This document shows, in pieces, positions 57,369 to 64,000 of a DNA stretch of 64,000 nucleotides. How positions within the stretch are numbered: position 1 is the stretch's first letter; every line of letters starts with the position of its first letter. Source of the DNA: a bacterium. Lineage in GTDB: Bacteria; UBA8248. Below the pieces are notes generated by a model. The model was not told where the DNA came from. It saw nothing but the letters and a program-made list of their open reading frames with translations, and did not search any database. Both the position numbers and the translations under genes were made by a program. The stretch is taken from contig OZ253442.1 of the NCBI GenBank assembly GCA_965261085.1, positions 3,136,001-3,200,000 on the forward strand, given 5' to 3'.

Positions 57369-58499
57369 TTAAAGCAAACTGACCACCCGCTCTAGTTCTT
57401 CTTCGGTATTATAAAAATGCGGCGCAAAACGAAGAGCACTGTCGCGAGCGCTGGCGATGATTCTCTTCTCACGCAGAAGCTCCACCACCTTCCTGGGATT
57501 GGACGACTCGATGCTCACAATGGCGGCGCGCTCCTCCCAGGAACGAGGAGTCAGAATCTTCTCCCCCCGCCTCTCCAGTAACTCCATCAAATAAGTCGTC
57601 AACTGCCGTACACGCTCCTCGATGTGCTCAAGTCCCACCCCTGCAAGGAACTCGGCCGAGCGGCCAAGGACCCACAGACCCAGATAATTGGGATTTCCGA
57701 TCTCGAACCGGTGGGCATCCGGGGCCAGTCCGACTTCCATCCGGTCGAGCACTTCGCGAACCATGCTGGCGCGGGCATAGAAAGGAGGCTTCATCTCGGG
57801 AATCAAGTCTTCGCGGCAATAGAGAAAACCCGTGCCAGGCAGACCGAGCAATCCCTTGTGCCCGCCACAGACCACGATATCCGCCCCGAGGGCCGGCAAT
57901 GATGCCGAGAGGATCCCGATTCCCTGAATCGCATCCGTCATCAAAAGAATCCCGCGCTCGCGGCAGGCCGCGCTCAGGGCAGGCAGGTCTATTCGGCAAC
58001 CGGTCCCGAAAATCACGTAGGAAACCGCTACGACGCGCGTTCTCTCATCCATCAGTTCGATGAACGCCTCCGGCGGGAAGCGGCCGTCCCGATTTCGCAC
58101 CCATCGCAATTCGACGCCTCTTTCCTCGAGGCGCTTCCAGGCATACACCTGGTTCGGGTGGTCCATTTCCGTCTGGACGACGTTATCTCCCGCCTTGAGA
58201 TCCAGGGCCTGTACAGCGATGTTCAAACCCTCTGAAGTATTTTTGATGAACGCGATTGTCCGGGGCGAGACGCCCAGGAGCGAAGCCAGCGAAGAACGAA
58301 TCTCTTCCACACGGAGTTTGGAAAAAGCCCCACGAACGCCGAGTTCATTCAACTCTCGCAGGAATTCCGGAATGGCGTCCTGAGCGCACTGGGGAAGGGG
58401 CGCTTTGTTGGCGAGGTCCAGATAGGTCCAATGCTGCGTGACCGGAAATTCATTCCGGAGGGCCGTGAAATCCGGAGCAATCGCCTGTTTTTCGATCAT
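57369..58499 (-). CDS. Class V PLP-dependent enzyme (cysteine desulfurase-like fold, catalytic Cys absent)
   Basis: YLD.A, NTSEGL, DAIQ, GHKGLLG (PLP Lys), RFEIG and HFYN motifs; ATG 58499. Confidence 0.87.
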   Translation of the reverse strand: MIEKQAIAPDFTALRNEFPVTQHWTYLDLANKAPLPQCAQDAIPEFLRELNELGVRGAFSKLRVEEIRSSLASLLGVSPRTIAFIKNTSEGLNIAVQALDLKAGDNVVQTEMDHPNQVYAWKRLEERGVELRWVRNRDGRFPPEAFIELMDERTRVVAVSYVIFGTGCRIDLPALSAACRERGILLMTDAIQGIGILSASLPALGADIVVCGGHKGLLGLPGTGFLYCREDLIPEMKPPFYARASMVREVLDRMEVGLAPDAHRFEIGNPNYLGLWVLGRSAEFLAGVGLEHIEERVRQLTTYLMELLERRGEKILTPRSWEERAAIVSIESSNPRKVVELLREKRIIASARDSALRFAPHFYNTEEELERVVSLL

Positions 58500-58631
58500 C
58501 AGTCTTTCTCCTGTCACAAAAGTCCGGAAACCCATTTTCGCCTGCTCATTATGGATCGCGCTACGATGGGTAATTACGTTCTCAAGAATTCAGGCAACAT
58601 GCAAACACATCATCAGGCGCCGGGCGCCCGC

Positions 58632-59933
58632 TTACGCCACGCCGCACCACTCGAGTATCAAGTGGAGCAACCCGTCGACAGAAAGCTGCAACTCGTCGAT
58701 ATAGGTAAATTCGTCGGGGATGTGACCCCGCGGGCAATTTCCTCCAAACATGATGGTGGGCGTGTCGCCGTAGAGAATCGGGAATCGCATATCCGTTGTC
58801 CCGTTCAGGGCCTGAAGCTGGGAAGGACGGCCCGTGACCCGTTCGGCTACGGACAAAGCCGTTCGGACAAACGGGTGCTCAGAATCGGTGAGGCAAGATT
58901 GCGCGCGTCTCTCCGTCCATTCCAAACGGGGCGGATGCTCACGAAGCCACGAGTCGGCCTCGGCGGCTCGGGTGAGGTGGTCTTCCACCAGTTTTTTCAC
59001 CTCCTCGATGCTTTCTTTAGGCGCCACCCCCGCCACGCCCTCCAGTACGCATTCGGCCGGGAGTTGCCCGATGGACACACCAGCACGCACCATGGTCACC
59101 ACAAGGTTCACCGTGCGAGGTTCGAGTCCGCTTATCTCAAAACGTTTTTCCACCAGGGGTTCGCGAACCGTGGCTCCTCTATGCGCGTCCAGCTCTCTGA
59201 GCGCGGCGTGGATATTCTCGGCTTTCTCGATGGCGTTCACGAAAAGATGCGCCGAACCTTTGTGACCGGCCTGGCCCGGCACGGTGATCCGGAAACTCAC
59301 ATCGCCGCCCGAACCGATATCCACGCCGCCGAATCCTCCCGGTTTCATATGGGTGTAGACGGCTCCATCCGCCTTAAGGCCGCGAAAAACGCACGCCAGC
59401 ATCCCCCCTCCGCCTCCTTCTTCTTCTTCGACGGTGGAGAGGAGAGTCAGATCCCCCTTGAGACGCACTCCGGCGCCTTGTAAGGCCCGGGCGCACGCAA
59501 TCATGACGGCCAACCCCGACTTGGCGTCTCCTGAACCCCGTCCATAGAGGCGATTGTCCTCCACCTCGCCCCCGAATGGATCTCGCGTCCAGGCAGTTCG
59601 CGGCCCAGGGGGAACCGTGTCGGCGTGACAAAACAGGAGGAGCGACCTGCCGCCTCCCGCTCCCCGCATGCGGCCGAGCACGTTCGGCCGGCCGGCATAC
59701 CCCTTCTCCAGCGAGAAGCGGGGGGCCGAAAACGCCGGATGCTCTCTCAACTCTTCCAGGTTCGCCTCGAACGCCTCCATCTCGAGACCGGTATCGGCAA
59801 ATCGTTTTTGCACCAGGGCCTGAACCGCCCCCTCCTCTCCCGTGGGGCTGGGAATTCGAACAAGTTCCTGAAGAAGAGCAACCACGTCGATTTGCCGAGC
59901 TTGGGAAATCACCTTTTCGAGAGCATCGTTCAT
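58632..59933 (-). CDS. M20 family ArgE/DapE-like deacylase
   Basis: HADTVP, LYGRGSGDAKSG, VEEE, TTD and H.PDE motifs; ATG 59933 with GGAGG RBS. Confidence 0.9.
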   Translation of the reverse strand: MNDALEKVISQARQIDVVALLQELVRIPSPTGEEGAVQALVQKRFADTGLEMEAFEANLEELREHPAFSAPRFSLEKGYAGRPNVLGRMRGAGGGRSLLLFCHADTVPPGPRTAWTRDPFGGEVEDNRLYGRGSGDAKSGLAVMIACARALQGAGVRLKGDLTLLSTVEEEEGGGGGMLACVFRGLKADGAVYTHMKPGGFGGVDIGSGGDVSFRITVPGQAGHKGSAHLFVNAIEKAENIHAALRELDAHRGATVREPLVEKRFEISGLEPRTVNLVVTMVRAGVSIGQLPAECVLEGVAGVAPKESIEEVKKLVEDHLTRAAEADSWLREHPPRLEWTERRAQSCLTDSEHPFVRTALSVAERVTGRPSQLQALNGTTDMRFPILYGDTPTIMFGGNCPRGHIPDEFTYIDELQLSVDGLLHLILEWCGVA

Positions 59934-60057
59934 TAAAAATCCTCCGGGAAAATCTTCTGCTTTTTTTGGATGGTACGTATTGTGCTTCCGTTTCGCCATC
60001 AAGCGTGCGAACCCAAGATCACCGGGCCTAATTTAGTGGAAAAGAAAGGCCCATTGA

Positions 60058-61083
60058 CTAAATGAGTGAACCGGCCGTGACGCCGACGCTCCCCGCAAAA
60101 TGACAGGCCACCGTGTGGCCGGGTTGGAACTCTCTCAGCACTGGCTTCTCTTCCACGCAACGCTGCTCGCTGTACGGACAACGGGTATGGAAACGGCATC
60201 CGGTCGGCGGGTCAAGGGCGGAAGGAACCTCTCCCTTGAGGATGATGCGCCGCCGCTGCCTGGCCTTCACCGGATCCGCCACCGGAGTGGCCGATAGCAG
60301 CGCCTGCGTATAAGGGTGTAATGGGGTGGTGAAGAGAGACTCAACCGCCGCAAGCTCCACGATCTCACCGAGGTACATGACCCCCACCCTGTCACAGACC
60401 GAGCGCACAACCCCCAGGTCGTGCGTGATGAAGAGGTAGGAGAGATCATGTTGCGCCTGAAGAGCTTTCATGAGGTTCAGGATCTGGGCGCGGATGGAGA
60501 TGTCGAGTGAGGAGACAGGCTCATCGGCGATCACCAGCCGGGGCTTCAGCGTGAGAGCCCGCGCGATGCCGATACGCTGACGCTGGCCGCCGCTGAGCTG
60601 GTGAGGATAGCGGTCCATGAAGATTTCGCCCGGCTCCATGCCCACCTGGTTCAGGAGATCAACGACGGTCTCATCAATCTCCCCTTTATTCACCACGTCA
60701 TGATTGAGGAAAGGCTGGCGCAGGATTGCCCGCACGGTGCGCCTGGGATTCAAGGATTCGAAGGGATCCTGAAAAATCATCTGCACTTCTCGATTGTACT
60801 GCTTGAGAGCGGGTCCTCTCAATTCCGCGACCTCTTGTTCGTCGAAGAGGATGCTTCCATCGTCGGGCTTTTCCAATTTCGCCAGCAAGCGGGCCGTCGT
60901 CGTTTTCCCGCAGCCGCTTTCACCCACCAGGGCGAACGATTCACCGGCTTTGACCGAGAAACTGATGTCGTCCACGGCGTGCACGTGGCGAGGAGGCCGG
61001 AACCATCCCCCTTCGACGGGAAAATGTTTCGTCAGCCTGCGCACTTGCAAGAGTGAATGATTCATGGAGGCGGGATCACTCAT
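60058..61083 (-). CDS. Peptide ABC ATPase (OppF)
   Basis: [16 protein letters not shown] and GCRFHTRC motifs. Confidence 0.93.
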   Translation of the reverse strand: MSDPASMNHSLLQVRRLTKHFPVEGGWFRPPRHVHAVDDISFSVKAGESFALVGESGCGKTTTARLLAKLEKPDDGSILFDEQEVAELRGPALKQYNREVQMIFQDPFESLNPRRTVRAILRQPFLNHDVVNKGEIDETVVDLLNQVGMEPGEIFMDRYPHQLSGGQRQRIGIARALTLKPRLVIADEPVSSLDISIRAQILNLMKALQAQHDLSYLFITHDLGVVRSVCDRVGVMYLGEIVELAAVESLFTTPLHPYTQALLSATPVADPVKARQRRRIILKGEVPSALDPPTGCRFHTRCPYSEQRCVEEKPVLREFQPGHTVACHFAGSVGVTAGSLI

Positions 61084-62059
61084 AAAGCCAGCAAGCCACC
61101 ATCCGCCCCTTCCCCAAACTCAAGGAAGGCGGCGACTCTTCGCGGCAGATGTCTTTAACGTGGGGACAGCGCGGATGGAAGCGGCAACCCGACGGCATGT
61201 CTGTCGGGTTTGGCACCTGCCCTTCAATGGTTTCAAAAACCTCAACGCGCTTGTCGGGGCTGAGCGTCGAACGCAAGAGACCCACCGTATAGGGATGTTT
61301 CGGTTCGGCGAACAGGGTAAAGGTGTCGGCGTGCTCTACAATCTGGCCCGCATACATGATGTAGATTCGGTCGCAATGCTCCGCCACCAGGCCGATATCG
61401 TGGGTGATCAGGAACAGGGCGTTCTGGAGTTCCTCGCGAAGTTGGGCGAGCAGGTCCATGATTTGCGCCTGAATGGTTACATCCAGCGCCGTGGTGGGCT
61501 CATCGGCGATGAGCAGGGACGGGCGGCACGAAATGGCCATGGCGATGAGCACCCGTTGGCGCATGCCGCCGCTCAGCTGATGGGGGTAGCTATCGTAGAC
61601 CCTTTGGGGGGAAGGGATGCCGACATGATCGAATGCATCGAGCACCTGTGAGCGAGCTTCGCGTTTCGTGACCTCCTGGTGCTCCAACACCACCTCCGCC
61701 ACTTGGGCCCCGGCCCGCATGACGGGGTTCAAATAAGTCATGGGATCCTGAAAGACCATGGCGACCTCCTTTCCGCGGAGGTTGCGCATACTCGCCGCAT
61801 CCAGCGTCAGAAGATCCACGTCGTTCAACAGCACTTCGCCTGAGAGGATGCGGGCCACGACCGGCTGGAGCCGGATGATGCTGAGAGCCGTCATGGATTT
61901 CCCCGACCCCGACTCTCCAACCAGCGCAACCGCCTCCTTGCGGTTCACTTCCAGCGACACGCCGTCAACGGCTTTGATCACGCCGGCAGGGACATCGAGG
62001 TAGGTCCTCAGATCGGAGACCCGCAGGAGGCCATTTCGATTTTCCGCCTTCTTGTTCAT
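61076..62059 (-). CDS. Peptide ABC ATPase (OppD)
   Basis: [16 protein letters not shown] and DEPTTALD motifs; ATG 62059 overlaps the upstream stop (ATGA). Confidence 0.93.
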   Translation of the reverse strand: MNKKAENRNGLLRVSDLRTYLDVPAGVIKAVDGVSLEVNRKEAVALVGESGSGKSMTALSIIRLQPVVARILSGEVLLNDVDLLTLDAASMRNLRGKEVAMVFQDPMTYLNPVMRAGAQVAEVVLEHQEVTKREARSQVLDAFDHVGIPSPQRVYDSYPHQLSGGMRQRVLIAMAISCRPSLLIADEPTTALDVTIQAQIMDLLAQLREELQNALFLITHDIGLVAEHCDRIYIMYAGQIVEHADTFTLFAEPKHPYTVGLLRSTLSPDKRVEVFETIEGQVPNPTDMPSGCRFHPRCPHVKDICREESPPSLSLGKGRMVACWLYE

Positions 62060-62955
62060 AGTCCGGTCCGATGAATTTCGGAAGAGCGAGGATTGAGCAC
62101 GTCGTTTAAGCCGTCTCCCAGCAGATTGAGCGTCAAGACCGAAAGAAAGATGCCCAAACCAGGATACACGGCCATCCACCACGCTTGTCGCAGAAAAGGC
62201 TGAGCTTCGTAAAGCATCCGCCCCCAGGTCACCAGGCTGGGGTCTCCCAGACCCAGATAGCTCAAACCCGCTTCCAGCAGCATCGCCTGCGCCGTTAAAA
62301 GAGAGGCATTTACGACTACAACCCCCATGGCGTTCGGCAGAATCTCACGAAAGATAATGGTCGAGCGCCTCGTCCCGATCACATGCGCGGCATCCACGAA
62401 TTGCCGTGTGCGCAGGGTCAGAAATTCCGAGCGAACGATGCGGGCCGTCACCGGCCACGTTAAAATGGAGATGGCGAAGATGATGATCCAGATGCTCGCC
62501 CCGAAGAAGGCGACGATGATCAGGGCAAGGAAGAAGCGCGGAATCACCATGAAAGTCTCGGTGAGCCTCATCAGAATGTCGTCGACCCACCCGCCCAGGT
62601 AACCGGAGATTGTGCCCACGAGAAGGCCTACGACCGTCGTGGCAAAGGCCGCCGAGAAACCGACGAAGATCGAGACCCGCCCGCCCCACAGGATTCGGCT
62701 TAAGACGTCGCGGCCGAGATTGTCGACGCCCATGAGGTTGCGGTAACTATGCCCGCCCAGCCGCGAACCCGAACCCAGGGCGTAAGGATCATAGGGCGCC
62801 AGGACGGGCGCGAATAAAACCAGTAAAACCAGCAACAACAACACGGACGCTGCGATGGGCACCGCGCGATTCTGGCTGAATGCTCCCCAGATGGCCCTCC
62901 ACTGCGGCCCTCTTTTCGAGCTTCGGTGAGCGATTGGCTTTGTTGTTGTCGTCAC
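62056..62955 (-). CDS. Peptide ABC permease (OppC)
   Basis: MGVDNLGRDV, FVDAA and EAGLSYLGLG motifs. Confidence 0.92.
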   Translation of the reverse strand: MTTTTKPIAHRSSKRGPQWRAIWGAFSQNRAVPIAASVLLLLVLLVLFAPVLAPYDPYALGSGSRLGGHSYRNLMGVDNLGRDVLSRILWGGRVSIFVGFSAAFATTVVGLLVGTISGYLGGWVDDILMRLTETFMVIPRFFLALIIVAFFGASIWIIIFAISILTWPVTARIVRSEFLTLRTRQFVDAAHVIGTRRSTIIFREILPNAMGVVVVNASLLTAQAMLLEAGLSYLGLGDPSLVTWGRMLYEAQPFLRQAWWMAVYPGLGIFLSVLTLNLLGDGLNDVLNPRSSEIHRTGL

Positions 62956-62967
62956 GGTTCCAGATTC

Positions 62968-63951
62968 CTATCCATAAGCCACACGCGGGTCAATCATGGC
63001 GTAGAGAATGTCCGTGATGAGGTTTGCAAGCACTATCATCATCGAGACGACGAGGAAGATTCCCAGAATCATCGGATAGTCCCGCGCGGTAATCGATTCG
63101 AAAATCAGCCTGCCCATGCCCGGCCACCCGAACACGGTCTCGGTGAACACCGAGCCCGCCATGACGTATGCGAAATTGATGCCGATCACGGTAACCACCG
63201 GGAGCAGCGCATTGCGCAGGGCATGCCGGTAGAGCACGCGGCGTTCGTTCAACCCCTTGGATTTCGCGGTCAGGATGAAGTCCTGCGCAAGTGTTTCCTG
63301 CATCTTGCCCCGTGTGATTCGGAATACGAGGGTCATATGATAAGTGGCGTAGGTAATGGCGGGAAGGATCAAGTGCTTCAAGACGTCAAGAACCGCAGGC
63401 CAGCCGGGCTCCACCCCGCGCATCGAATACATGCCCTGGCTCGGCAGCCAGTCCAGGTAAAGAGCGAAGAAAAGTATGAGAAGTTGACCCAGCCAGAAAA
63501 TGGGCATCGAATAGCCGGCGAGCGAAGCCAGGGTCGCCAGGTGGTCACCCACCGAATAGGAGTAACGCGATGCAATAACGCCCAGTATGACTCCCATGAC
63601 GCTGGCTATGGAGAAGGCCGTCGCCATGAGGAGCATGGTGGCCGGCAGGCGATCCAGAATAACGCCGAGTACGGGGGAGTTGTGCCAGGTGGAATAGCCC
63701 AAATCCAGATGAAGAAGCTTCCACAAATAAATTCCCATCTGGACGTGAAGAGGCTTGTCCAGGCCGAACTCAATGCGCAGTTCCTCGTATGCCTCCGGGG
63801 TGGCTTCGGTGACGCTGGCCAGGTAAATGGCCGGATCTCCCGGAGCGAGATGGATGATGGTGAAGTTGATGATGACGACCCAGAAGACAAGAGGGACAGC
63901 TTGAAGGATACGCCTTACGGTGTAACGCAGAAGCGGATGTCCACCTGCCAT
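62968..63951 (-). CDS. Peptide ABC permease (OppB)
   Basis: APGDP, DLGYS, TAKSKGL, HALRNA and DPRV motifs. Confidence 0.92.
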   Translation of the reverse strand: MAGGHPLLRYTVRRILQAVPLVFWVVIINFTIIHLAPGDPAIYLASVTEATPEAYEELRIEFGLDKPLHVQMGIYLWKLLHLDLGYSTWHNSPVLGVILDRLPATMLLMATAFSIASVMGVILGVIASRYSYSVGDHLATLASLAGYSMPIFWLGQLLILFFALYLDWLPSQGMYSMRGVEPGWPAVLDVLKHLILPAITYATYHMTLVFRITRGKMQETLAQDFILTAKSKGLNERRVLYRHALRNALLPVVTVIGINFAYVMAGSVFTETVFGWPGMGRLIFESITARDYPMILGIFLVVSMMIVLANLITDILYAMIDPRVAYG

Positions 63952-64000
63952 GGATTGCCCCTCAGTGAGACGTCAAGAGACCTATAGGGCCCCGCCCGGA

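Noticed and set aside
57369-58499. Cysteine desulfurase or selenocysteine lyase (IscS/SufS/CsdA)
   Set aside because: The catalytic Cys loop is absent.

Overview
GC-rich bacterial chromosomal window dense in transporters and catabolic genes. It holds two peptide-type ABC systems, one sugar-type ABC system, TAXI-TRAP, TTT and DMT transporters, CoA-dependent enzymes and a form II coxSLM cluster. A sulfur-handling region contains sat, two sulfotransferases, comA, a DUF3604 protein and an Ntn-hydrolase. There are two secreted repeat proteins (ankyrin; low-GC Cys-rich EGF-like), a FitAB/VapBC toxin-antitoxin pair, tRNA-Leu(TAA) with a decayed ~1 kb integrated element, and a MITE/REP cluster. The strongest hidden signal is a gene the ORF track splits in two. 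57116..55509 (-) reads through an in-frame TGA at 56820-56822 (motif V-U-G-G-C-T) with a SECIS-like hairpin 11 nt downstream, giving a 535-aa UGSC-type selenoprotein with GrdB/PrdB-like local similarity. It heads an operon with a paralogous partner, an FAD oxidoreductase and an ABC importer of unknown substrate. Annotations come from motif recognition by eye; no database searches were run.
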